A stretch of 64,000 nt of DNA from a virus (lineage: Duplodnaviria; Caudoviricetes), in IMG/VR virus record IMGVR_UViG_3300032132_000748. One strand, given 5' to 3'. Shown piece after piece: positions 48,664 to 57,282 of the stretch. The position numbers were made by a program, and so were the translations under genes. The notes under the pieces are model-generated. The model did not search any database. It saw only the letters and a list, made by a program, of their open reading frames with translations, and was not told the origin of the DNA. How positions within the stretch are numbered: the stretch's first letter is position 1; the number at the start of each line of letters is the position of its first letter.

Positions 48664-49368
48664 ATGAGCAATTATCATTCTACAGGTAGCGCTGGTAGGT
48701 TAGGGAGCTTTGAGCTTCACGGAACATCAAATACATTTGGAAACCAAGGATTTGCCGGATTCGGCGCATTGAATGCAGCAGACAGTAACCAACTTCGCCA
48801 ACAATTGACCGCAGGCGGTGCCTGCAGGGTAGTTGATAGCCTAGCTGCACAGATTATTAACGATATTAATCGTGGTAATTTTGGCGCAGCCGAACAAAAA
48901 GCCGCTAACCTGGCAAGCCAAGCATCAGGTGCGGCTAGAAACCCTGGTCTTGCAATTTGTGCTCAAGCAGCACAGCAGGCGCAAAATGCGACCAATTTTG
49001 CCATCGTCAAAGAGAAACAGAAGAGAGGTGGCGGTGGCGGCGGAGCAGCCGCACAACAAGATTCAGGAGCCTCTGCAGGAGAAGTTCTAGGTGGTATTGG
49101 TTCTATTTTAGGCGCAGTTGCCGGACCTCTATCTAATATTTTTGTATCTCACCAAAACGCTCAATTACAGCTAGAACAGATTAAATCAGGAGGCAGGTTT
49201 GCTACACCTTTCAGCCAAGGACCTGCTGGCGGCCAAAACTTTCAGCCAGGAATACAACAATCTGCAGCCGCAGCACGGGGTAATAATAACACAGCCATCA
49301 TAGCTATCGTTGTTGGAGTTATTTTGTTAGGTGGTATGTTCATGATGATGAAAGGTAAAAAGGACTAA
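48664..49368 (+). CDS. RLGSFE-leader Gly/Ala/Gln-rich membrane protein
   Basis: TATAAT plus GAGGT; GRLGSFE; LGGIGSILGAV; C-terminal TM then KGKKD. Confidence 0.75.
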   Translation: MSNYHSTGSAGRLGSFELHGTSNTFGNQGFAGFGALNAADSNQLRQQLTAGGACRVVDSLAAQIINDINRGNFGAAEQKAANLASQASGAARNPGLAICAQAAQQAQNATNFAIVKEKQKRGGGGGGAAAQQDSGASAGEVLGGIGSILGAVAGPLSNIFVSHQNAQLQLEQIKSGGRFATPFSQGPAGGQNFQPGIQQSAAAARGNNNTAIIAIVVGVILLGGMFMMMKGKKD

Positions 49369-49375
49369 ATAACTA

Positions 49376-49996
49376 ATGGGCTACGAAAATATAGCTAGTT
49401 TAGGGAGACTCGGCTCATTTGAAAATGAGCTGGGAGGTATGTTCGATATGGTGTCCTCTGCCGGTGCAAACGTTAATGCCTCGGTAGCCGCCGCCGCACA
49501 ACCAACTGAACAACAACTACTTCAACAGCAATTAGCTGCTGAAAAGCAAGCCCATGCCGGAACATCAAAACAATTAGCGTCTAATCAGGCGATGGGAACT
49601 GCGTTAACTGGTATTGGTCAAATTGTTGGCGCAATAGGTGGCGTAGGCGCTCAATTTTTCCAAGCGCACCAACAAGCTAAACTTCAGAAAGCAATGATGA
49701 AGATGCAGCAAAACCAGCCCCAGCAATTCGCCCCTCAACAAGTTTTTATACCACCCCCACCCCCATCTAAGCTACCTCTTATTTTAGGTGGCCTGGCTGT
49801 TGTCGGAGCAATAGGGTTTGTCATCTACAGTCAAAATAAGGATGATGGTTATGGCGGTGGTTATGCACCCCCAGCACAGGGACCGGTGACAGCAGTTGTA
49901 GGGGGCCAGCCCGTTTCACAACCATATTACCCCACACCACCCCCACCGAGAAGGCGTGTAATCCGTAGAAGACGGAAAAAGAAGCCTAAAAAATAA
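49376..49996 (+). CDS. RLGSFE-leader membrane protein with Arg/Lys tail
   Basis: GRLGSFE; LTGIGQIVGAI; TM; RRRVIRRRRKKK. Confidence 0.75.
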   Translation: MGYENIASLGRLGSFENELGGMFDMVSSAGANVNASVAAAAQPTEQQLLQQQLAAEKQAHAGTSKQLASNQAMGTALTGIGQIVGAIGGVGAQFFQAHQQAKLQKAMMKMQQNQPQQFAPQQVFIPPPPPSKLPLILGGLAVVGAIGFVIYSQNKDDGYGGGYAPPAQGPVTAVVGGQPVSQPYYPTPPPPRRRVIRRRRKKKPKK

Positions 49997-50283
49997 TGTT
50001 TGGACAAATTGATACATATAGCCCTACTCCCAAGAGTGGCGTACCTGAGTGGGCCGCAGGAACCGCTGCTATTATTGAAGCAGCAGCGCAACCAGCCGTT
50101 GACGCGTATGCTATTAATCAGAGAGCGGAAGTTAACGCTGAAAGAATAAAAGCTGGATTACCTCCGCTCTCTCCTATCCAGAGAAGAGTTGTAGCGGGAC
50201 CTCCAATACCAAAAAAACAAGAAGGTTTTGGCATTGGACCTATTATTTTAGCTGTTATTATAGTAGTATTACTTTTCCGGTAA
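49996..50283 (+). CDS. small membrane protein
   Basis: TAATG coupling; MFG start; C-terminal TM. Confidence 0.65.
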   Translation: MFGQIDTYSPTPKSGVPEWAAGTAAIIEAAAQPAVDAYAINQRAEVNAERIKAGLPPLSPIQRRVVAGPPIPKKQEGFGIGPIILAVIIVVLLFR

Positions 50284-50295
50284 GAGCCGGACTCT

Positions 50296-50586
50296 ATGGA
50301 TAAAGACAAAGCTTACAGCGAAATACTCAGACAGATTGATGTACTCAGAAAAAGGGGAATTCCTAACTCTGATGCAAAGATGATGCGCCTACGTATTAGA
50401 TTACGGGACATGTTGGAGCATAAAAAAAAGAGAGGTCTTCCTAAACGAAAAACTCTTGTGCCCAAGCTCACATCTATAAGGACAATGACTTTTCAAAATG
50501 TAGAAAAGGAAGACCTTAAGAAATATGCATATCTGGGGGTAGTAGTTGCTCTTGGTGGTATAGCTTGGAAGTTCTGGAAAGATTAG
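50296..50586 (+). CDS. small basic membrane protein
   Basis: C-terminal TM YAYLGVVVALGGIAW. Confidence 0.6.
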   Translation: MDKDKAYSEILRQIDVLRKRGIPNSDAKMMRLRIRLRDMLEHKKKRGLPKRKTLVPKLTSIRTMTFQNVEKEDLKKYAYLGVVVALGGIAWKFWKD

Positions 50587-50945
50587 GTTTTAGAAACACC
50601 TATTCTATTTCGACAGATATTCCATGCGATTGCAGCCCCTATAAGACCTGCAATAGCTGTAGATAGGATTAACATAGAAAACATTCCAGCCCTTGGTTTT
50701 CCGTATGGGGCGATGGAGTGTCTTAGCGCTCCCTGCAACGTGGAAACTTCAATCTCGGGCTGGATTAATTTCAGAGCTAGCTCATTGCTCCCAGAAACCG
50801 CAGTATCTGGGGGCGATGGTGAAAGGGCAGCAGCCAGATCAATGATGATTTCAGGTGTTACGTTACTTTCAATTACGATCTCTGCTCCTGTTGCAGATAA
50901 GCCTGTTGCAAGCATATCACGAGCACTTCCGAGTTGGGTTTTCAT
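50583..50945 (-). CDS. membrane-anchored protein (start revised to MKTQLG)
   Basis: TATAAT-6nt-ATG; IAPYGKP then TM. Confidence 0.65.
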   Translation of the reverse strand: MKTQLGSARDMLATGLSATGAEIVIESNVTPEIIIDLAAALSPSPPDTAVSGSNELALKLIQPEIEVSTLQGALRHSIAPYGKPRAGMFSMLILSTAIAGLIGAAIAWNICRNRIGVSKT

Positions 50946-51024
50946 GTAAGTATTATAGCAAAAAATAATAGCATCGACGAGAATTACGCCGATGCTATTG
51001 CACATTAAATGTATTAGTTAAGAA

Positions 51025-51495
51025 CTAAAACCAGCCACCGAAGTAGCCACTAACACCTGGATCTACTGCAGTTGGGTCAACTCCGACCTCAGCACCGGCA
51101 TCGGTCACTGCATCAGCGACTTTCTCTGCCTCAACAGACGCAGCATCCAAAGGAAGCGGGATACCTGGATGAACAGCAGGAACTAACTTAGCCAGTTTGC
51201 GCTCAATCCAACGTTTTCTCCATTGGCAATACCAACCACAAGTAGGTCTTGCTTGAAACCTTGCAAGTTTTCTGGAAAGGATAGCTGCTTTATCCGCACC
51301 TTCGCGACGGAATTTCTTTTTCATTTTATGCTTAAAATGTCTTTTTCTGGCTTTTCTATTTCCTACAAACGGAGCCATCTTTCCGCGTCCACGACCTCTT
51401 CCACGACCGCGTCCACGACCTCTTCCACGACCGCGTCCTCTTCCAAAATCACCGAATGCCCAGTGATCGAACCCTTGTAAATTTCCTGGTCTCAT
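51025..51495 (-). CDS. RG-repeat basic protein with Gly/Phe termini (start revised to MRPG)
   Basis: AGGAG SD; MRPGNLQGF..FGDFG, (GR)10, ends VSGYFGGWF. Confidence 0.7.
   Translation of the reverse strand: MRPGNLQGFDHWAFGDFGRGRGRGRGRGRGRGRGRGRGKMAPFVGNRKARKRHFKHKMKKKFRREGADKAAILSRKLARFQARPTCGWYCQWRKRWIERKLAKLVPAVHPGIPLPLDAASVEAEKVADAVTDAGAEVGVDPTAVDPGVSGYFGGWF
51383..51444. repeat. 24-nt tandem repeat (about 2.5 copies) encoding poly-GR
   Basis: CCGCGTCCACGACCTCTTCCACGA x2 plus a partial copy. Confidence 0.85.
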
Positions 51496-51590
51496 ATTGA
51501 CTCCTATAGACATTGTATCAAATCAAAAGATTTAGGCGGTCGATGATGTTAATTATTTTGCTAAATTGCTATAATCGTGGCAGGTGAATT

Positions 51591-51926
51591 ATGAATACTT
51601 TAGCACTAATACTACTCGTTCTTTTGGCAGCTTCTCCTCTAATTAAAAAGCTGTTTGATCGACTAAACCTGGGAGTTGCTGATAAGCAATATGGACTTCT
51701 TAAAACCGCTGTTGAAGACGCTGTTTCCCATGTTTCGCAAGTCGCATCTAACGGAGAGATGACGTCAGAAGAGAAAAAAGAAAAAGCTATAGAGATCGGC
51801 AATAAGATAGCCTCTCAGCTAGGTGTCTCAGAGCCACGAAGAGAGTTGGTGTCAGATTTGATTGAGTCGGTTCTGTGGAAAGACGAAGTTGACGAAAATG
51901 ATGAAGACGACGAAGACGATTACTAG
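51591..51926 (+). CDS. phage holin, LL-H-like
   Basis: N-terminal TM; AVEDAVSHVSQ, EEKKEKA, LIESVL; acidic tail. Confidence 0.6.
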   Translation: MNTLALILLVLLAASPLIKKLFDRLNLGVADKQYGLLKTAVEDAVSHVSQVASNGEMTSEEKKEKAIEIGNKIASQLGVSEPRRELVSDLIESVLWKDEVDENDEDDEDDY

Positions 51927-52028
51927 TTGTCCAAAATCGTTGCTATTTGGTCTTTTTCCCTGTAGTATAGATTTTACACGTAAGAGCAGACGTAAATACG
52001 CTTAATAAACACATCTAGGAATAATAAT

Positions 52029-52724
52029 ATGTCAACAGGTCTAGAGACTTTCAAAAAACAACTTAAAAAGTATGCCGAAGAGCTTACCCCCGAAGGGCTG
52101 ATGAGCTGGAAAACAACTTATTGGTCACATCTCATAGCAGTGGCTGCAGGATTGTCTCCATTTGAAGAGCCCGCCACTAAGATAATACCACCAGCCTTCA
52201 GGGTTTTTCTACCGAAGGATAAATTTACTCCTACAGCAGAAGACAGACTTAACGCTGTAAGCGCATTATGCAATGCTCTTAACTATATTAACTCTGCAAT
52301 TATAGAAACCACAAGACAAGCATATATGAATTTCTCTGCATTCGGAGGAGCACAATTACCTATTGATTTTGATACTGTAGTAACAGAATTATTAACAGAT
52401 TTGAATCAATATGAAAAAAGAAAAATGTATTTTCAAGCAGGCATGGCAATGATGCCAGAGGAAGAGGCTTGGATCGGAAAACATCATATCTTTGCTATTG
52501 GTGTAATAAACTGGTATGATTCAGACGAAGAAAAGGTTCTTACAGAAACTGAATTTCTAAATATAGCTAGAGATTTGGATGTTCTTGATGGACAAGATGC
52601 AGTATCTTTCAACCCCCTCGCACCAAAAAAAGCTGAAGTCAGTGCCCCTAATTTCCTCGCAGATATAGTTAGTTCTGTAGGAAACGCTCTCCAACAAAAC
52701 CCGGAAAACCCGGAAAAATCCTAA
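52029..52724 (+). CDS. hypothetical protein
   Basis: 231-aa ORF with upstream AGGA and downstream terminator. Confidence 0.7.
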   Translation: MSTGLETFKKQLKKYAEELTPEGLMSWKTTYWSHLIAVAAGLSPFEEPATKIIPPAFRVFLPKDKFTPTAEDRLNAVSALCNALNYINSAIIETTRQAYMNFSAFGGAQLPIDFDTVVTELLTDLNQYEKRKMYFQAGMAMMPEEEAWIGKHHIFAIGVINWYDSDEEKVLTETEFLNIARDLDVLDGQDAVSFNPLAPKKAEVSAPNFLADIVSSVGNALQQNPENPEKS

Positions 52725-52730
52725 AAGCCA

Positions 52731-52758
52731 AAAGCCCGTTGTGCAAACAACGGGCTTC
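52731..52758. terminator. intrinsic terminator between convergent genes
   Basis: AAGCCCGTTGT-GCAA-ACAACGGGCTT. Confidence 0.75.
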
Positions 52759-52799
52759 TACCTGCTAAAAGATAATAATTACATCATCATAATATCAAA

Positions 52800-53555
52800 T
52801 TAATCGGGGTTTTTCTTAGGACGACCCCGTTTTTTCGGTTTTTCATCAGGGTTCTTTCTAGGCCGCCCTCTTTTTTTCGGCGTATCTTTAGCCTTTGGTG
52901 GGCGTCCCCTTTTCTTCGGGGTTTTCTTTGCATCTGTGGGATTCTTTCTAGGCCGTCCGCGTGGACGTTTTTCTTTCGGATCCTTCTTAGGATGTTTTCT
53001 AGGCCGTCCGCGTGGACGTTTTTCTTTCGGATCCTTCTTAGGATGTTTTCTAGGCCGTCCGCGTGGACGTTTTTCTTTCGGATCCTTCTTAGGGTTCTTT
53101 CTAGGCCGTCCGCGTGGACGTTTTTCTTTTGTTTTAGTGCCGGAGATTTTTTTAGGTCTGCCCCGCTTTCTTCCTGTGCTCTTTTTTGGTGTTCGCCGAA
53201 GTGGAATCTTCTCTTTTACTAAAATCTTTTTAGCGGCAGCTAACTTATCACTAACACTCTTTGGGGGCCTCCCTTTTTTTCTTGGAGCAAACCATATACG
53301 CTTGGCAGCTCTCAAACTCATTGTTGCCAAGGAAGAGTCTTTCCGTTTAAGCGCATTTTTTGGTTTGCGCTCTTTAGTCTTTTTGGGCTTCTTTTCTTGT
53401 CTAATTTTTTTCCCAATCTTAGCTATAGGGTTTTTTCGACGTTTTTTCATATTTTTCATAAAATCCTTATCTAGACGCCTATTTCGTTTAGGCACCCGTG
53501 TAGGTTCGGGAAACTCAGGAAAATCGTCATAATAGTCAAATTCGTCTGATATCAT
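52800..53555 (-). CDS. AT-hook-rich, highly basic DNA-binding/condensing protein
   Basis: nine GRP cores (mostly RGRP[RKP]); GAGGT SD; short acidic N-terminus. Confidence 0.8.
   Translation of the reverse strand: MISDEFDYYDDFPEFPEPTRVPKRNRRLDKDFMKNMKKRRKNPIAKIGKKIRQEKKPKKTKERKPKNALKRKDSSLATMSLRAAKRIWFAPRKKGRPPKSVSDKLAAAKKILVKEKIPLRRTPKKSTGRKRGRPKKISGTKTKEKRPRGRPRKNPKKDPKEKRPRGRPRKHPKKDPKEKRPRGRPRKHPKKDPKEKRPRGRPRKNPTDAKKTPKKRGRPPKAKDTPKKRGRPRKNPDEKPKKRGRPKKNPD
52945..53130. repeat. 51-nt coding tandem repeat (about 3.6 copies)
   Basis: CTAGGCCGTCCGCGTGGACG recurs at 52948, 52999, 53050 and 53101. Confidence 0.9.
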
Positions 53556-53615
53556 GAGACCTCATTGTGAAATGATAGCATAGTTATTTTGACGAAACAG
53601 CAGTTAAACATCGCC

Positions 53616-53643
53616 TTGACAACTTAAAATTACCTACTATCAT
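53616..53643 (+). promoter_or_regulatory. sigma70 promoter, leaderless arrangement
   Basis: TTGACA-16nt-TATCAT-6nt-ATG. Confidence 0.75.
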
Positions 53644-53649
53644 AGTAGC

Positions 53650-54042
53650 ATGACACAACAAATAGCAAAACGTTATGCCTTAGATTCTATTAAAGCCAGA
53701 GCACTAACCGAGGCAGAGAGGGCGCAGATCGCAACTCAAAACTATATAAATCAACTCGGCATTCGAGCATCCGAATTAGAAAACCAAGCAGCGGAGGCGG
53801 AAAAAGAGCTGACAAAGCTTAAAGAAACTGCGATTGAATTGAGAGATAGTGCTGTCGAAGCAAAAGAGTCCGCAGACAAGGCTTTTAAAAAAACATTATC
53901 CGAGGTAGTAGAATCTTTTGGCCTAGAGCCTCCTTGGAAAGTAGCAATTGTTTATAGTGAAGGCGTTGCGGTTGGTTTGGATATAACAAAAGAAGAATCC
54001 CCAGCAGAGCCAGGCCAAGTGGCCGAACCAATGCAAGATTAG
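53650..54042 (+). CDS. coiled-coil protein
   Basis: A/E/K heptads. Confidence 0.65.
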   Translation: MTQQIAKRYALDSIKARALTEAERAQIATQNYINQLGIRASELENQAAEAEKELTKLKETAIELRDSAVEAKESADKAFKKTLSEVVESFGLEPPWKVAIVYSEGVAVGLDITKEESPAEPGQVAEPMQD

Positions 54043-54116
54043 CATTAAGTCTTGAATCTATCTCTTGAGCAGGTAGACTGATAAAGATCGCCCAGTCTAA
54101 ACGAATATATAAACCT

Positions 54117-54578
54117 ATGATAAAAAAATCAAAAACGGAGTTCATCCGTTCTTCTTGCAGAGTATCTATGAAAGGTAGGCCCCTTAAGATAAATTACAAA
54201 TTCATCTTTGCCGATCCTGACGTTAAAGAAGACACCATTTTTACCGGAGAAGTAATTGATTTAAGTGCAACAGGTGCCCAAATATTGGGTTGTATTAAAA
54301 ATCCTAAGTGGGTGTCACATTTGGCGGATGACGCCGTTCTTATTGGTTGTAATATCATTTTAAATGAAGATACTTACATTAAAACTCTCGCAAGGATGCG
54401 ATGGTTCAATGCTAGTGATTGTGCAACTAGGTGTCTGATTGGATTAGAATTTATGCAAATGGAGGATGATCATATACCCTTACTTAAACGTTTCTTAATT
54501 CGCCGTCAAATCGAAACCTCAAGATTAAATCGTACCCAGGAACTACTTAATTCAGAATATTGGAAATGTAATGACTAG
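54117..54578 (+). CDS. PilZ-domain protein
   Basis: RSSCR (RxxxR), DLSATG (DxSxxG), ARMRW, IGLEF. Confidence 0.8.
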   Translation: MIKKSKTEFIRSSCRVSMKGRPLKINYKFIFADPDVKEDTIFTGEVIDLSATGAQILGCIKNPKWVSHLADDAVLIGCNIILNEDTYIKTLARMRWFNASDCATRCLIGLEFMQMEDDHIPLLKRFLIRRQIETSRLNRTQELLNSEYWKCND

Positions 54579-54984
54579 AGTCACAAAAATATTTGAAGAC
54601 GGGGCCTTGATGTCTTTAAAGAAAGCCGCAAAGTCTCCACCTATTAAACACGGAAAAGTTCTGAAATCTCTGGCTGTTGCGAGAGCAAAACAAAAAGATT
54701 CCTTATGGGCTTTTGAGAATTTCGAAAAAGAGTTATCCGAGCTACGAAAGGCACTTATAGTAGCGGAGCGACTTGCCAAAGTTAGAACAAAAGAACGAAA
54801 TGCTGTAAGTGAAGCTCACAAAAAGAGGCTAGCACAAATTAAAGAACTAAAATATCAAATGGACGATTTGAAATTCCAGGTAGAGGCGTTAGAGGAAGAG
54901 AGAGATGAGATCGCTAGTATAGCGCTAACACCTAACAAAAACCTCTCAAGATCAGCAGCAGCTAGGCCAATTAAACAACGATGA
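54571..54984 (+). CDS. coiled-coil protein
   Basis: overlap-coupled; heptad pattern. Confidence 0.6.
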   Translation: MTRVTKIFEDGALMSLKKAAKSPPIKHGKVLKSLAVARAKQKDSLWAFENFEKELSELRKALIVAERLAKVRTKERNAVSEAHKKRLAQIKELKYQMDDLKFQVEALEEERDEIASIALTPNKNLSRSAAARPIKQR

Positions 54985-55877
54985 ATATCAATTCAATTCT
55001 TGCGAAAAGCATCCAAAAAGGAAAAGAAAAAGCCAAGAAAGCAGAAAAACTAGCTACGAGAACAGCAGTCAGGATTAAATCGGATTCAGAACCTGTAAAA
55101 AAAGTAAAAATACCCGGAATCAGCTCTTCTAAATATGATGCCATCATAGCTAAGCATCTTAAGAAAAAGAAAAAGAAAAAAGAACAAACTAAGCTTCGAA
55201 GAACTAAACCTGAGAATAGAGAGCCAGACTTTAGAATCTCTTTTGATTTCATAATGTCGATATATGAAAAAATTAATGCTACCCCCATGCGAGCTGTATA
55301 CTGGTACGAATACCCTTTTCTCAAAAGAGATTGGACCAACGAAGATAGGTCTGAGGCTACTCCTCTGGCTGCCATGTGCTTGTTAAGATACAAAGATCTA
55401 CCGTCTCAAGATGATGTTAGAGAATATCAAATAAGACATTCTAAATTTATAGATAAACCAAGCCATACCTGGGTAGCCGGATCAGTTTCTCAGTTGTTAA
55501 GCACTCTATATACGGGAATGACATGTAGTTATCTGTTGGGATTTAAAGCTGGGTTTGATGGAAATAAAAAATGGGATACTTTCCATATGATGAGTTTGGT
55601 CTATACCCGAGGATTTGAGGACGGCCACGCCATTTTAAATCAAATGCTGGAAAAAGGTTTGGTAACCACAGAAGGCTCTATTGACGATGAGAATGACATC
55701 TACGAGAATGAGGAAGATGAGCATGCCCTTCGCGAATTATATAGGATCCGAGGATACAAAAGAGACGGATTTGACCCTTACTCAAAAACAAAATTTATTT
55801 CCGAAGAGGAGCAGCGAAAGAAATCGCTAAAAAAAGTATTCAATAATGGAGAAATTAAAAATACAAAATCTGGGTAA
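54981..55877 (+). CDS. hypothetical protein with Lys-rich N-terminus
   Basis: ATGA coupling; 298 aa. Confidence 0.65.
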   Translation: MNINSILAKSIQKGKEKAKKAEKLATRTAVRIKSDSEPVKKVKIPGISSSKYDAIIAKHLKKKKKKKEQTKLRRTKPENREPDFRISFDFIMSIYEKINATPMRAVYWYEYPFLKRDWTNEDRSEATPLAAMCLLRYKDLPSQDDVREYQIRHSKFIDKPSHTWVAGSVSQLLSTLYTGMTCSYLLGFKAGFDGNKKWDTFHMMSLVYTRGFEDGHAILNQMLEKGLVTTEGSIDDENDIYENEEDEHALRELYRIRGYKRDGFDPYSKTKFISEEEQRKKSLKKVFNNGEIKNTKSG

Positions 55878-57075
55878 ACTACCTCTCGGAAATACAAATA
55901 TCTTTGTAAGTCTTTTGCCGACTGGTGTTAAAAATATACTCGTTAAATACTCCCCAGAAGTATTAGTTTCTTGCATAATCCCCCCAAAAGATTTTCATAT
56001 ACAGTATTCCTCTGTAAAAAGCTATTCATCCAGCAAAAAACATAACCTCGAACTCGCGTCTCCTGCTCTTATTATGAGCTGTGGTTATGGAGATATACCC
56101 GCAGCTAGAACCCACAAAGCGATTAATAGTGGATATACCTTATGGGCCTTAGACACTACACGAGATGATGGAATATACGTCAAACCATATAAATTAGCGA
56201 ATGTTTGGGATCAAGGTAAAATCTGTTTTGGAGATCTTACCCCAAATAGCTTAAGGCAAGCATTCAACTATTATTGGACCAGCGGTTTTAACGACGATAT
56301 CAAAATACCGCATATATTTTGTTTAAACAAAAAACACAAGTATGAATTTCATTCCGGCTGCGTCTGCGATGAATCCCAGAAGAAACATATTTGCGATTGT
56401 TCTAGAAAAACTTTTCATAATCATTACGGATGTGGATGCACTACAGTAGCAAAATCTAAAAATTGCAAAGGGAGTTGTAAAGAAAAAGACTGTAGCTGCT
56501 GTAAAGCAATAAGGACCTACCAAAAGAAAAACAAAAAGAATGGGATGTCCGATAAAAAGATATCAAAATTAGCTGTTATTAAATTAGAGCACGGAAAACT
56601 CTATCCGGGATGTAACTGTTCCTGGAGGCATAAACGACACTGTTCCTGCGCTAAAACTTCCTGTGGATGTGTTTGCGACTGTGACTGCTGCAACAAACAC
56701 TGTGAGCACGGAAGTTGCGAGTGTAAGTGCTGCAGAAATGTCTGTAAATGTAAGTGCAACTGCTCCAAAGTAGAAAAGCTTAAACAACACTTAACTACAT
56801 ATCACCAAACAAAACTCCCACTTCAAAAGTGGAAAAATCGTACAGCTTTCTTTTGTGGAGAGAAATATTGGGCAGCCCCCGAAGGTGCTGAAGGTGTCCT
56901 AGTTTCCAATGATCGAAGACTGCTTACAGCGATACCTCAACAATTTTGGCGTAGAGATAGGGACGGAAGACCCTTAGTGATCGCTTTAGGGCATCGACAA
57001 GGAATCCGAGGGTGGGAGTTCCGTTCAGGTAGCTATAGCTTCTATTTAGATCATAGAAACGTGGTGTTTAAGTAG
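55846..57075 (+). CDS. Prok-E2 family D-like domain protein with metallothionein-like Cys-rich insert
   Basis: PYKLANVWDQGKICFG...YYWTSGFNDD; 31 Cys in aa 159-306. Confidence 0.6.
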   Translation: MEKLKIQNLGKLPLGNTNIFVSLLPTGVKNILVKYSPEVLVSCIIPPKDFHIQYSSVKSYSSSKKHNLELASPALIMSCGYGDIPAARTHKAINSGYTLWALDTTRDDGIYVKPYKLANVWDQGKICFGDLTPNSLRQAFNYYWTSGFNDDIKIPHIFCLNKKHKYEFHSGCVCDESQKKHICDCSRKTFHNHYGCGCTTVAKSKNCKGSCKEKDCSCCKAIRTYQKKNKKNGMSDKKISKLAVIKLEHGKLYPGCNCSWRHKRHCSCAKTSCGCVCDCDCCNKHCEHGSCECKCCRNVCKCKCNCSKVEKLKQHLTTYHQTKLPLQKWKNRTAFFCGEKYWAAPEGAEGVLVSNDRRLLTAIPQQFWRRDRDGRPLVIALGHRQGIRGWEFRSGSYSFYLDHRNVVFK

Positions 57076-57081
57076 TTTAGT

Positions 57082-57282
57082 ATGGAAGCCAATCCGCCCA
57101 AGGTGTTAGAATGTATTAATGCGTGGGTCGAACTCAACAAGGAAATTAATTCCCAAGAAGGATGTATTTGTGACGAGTGCGAATCTCTAGCAGTTAGTTT
57201 AAAAAGAGAAAAGCTCGCTATTCTTAGCGCTAAATTATCTAAGGAAGAATTTAGAGAGCTTCGTATGAGATTGTGTTATTAA
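57082..57282 (+). CDS. small hypothetical protein
   Basis: CICDEC. Confidence 0.5.
   Translation: MEANPPKVLECINAWVELNKEINSQEGCICDECESLAVSLKREKLAILSAKLSKEEFRELRMRLCY

Noticed and set aside
52945-53130. Regular 51-nt repeats as a CRISPR array
   Set aside because: Units are head-to-tail with no unique spacers, are a multiple of 3 and encode AT-hook repeats; no cas genes are present.
52936-53532. 198-aa Phe/Leu-rich plus-strand ORF (and similar antisense ORFs such as 54971..55393 and 39076..39441)
   Set aside because: Antisense shadows of Lys-rich or conserved genes, with no independent start signals noticed.
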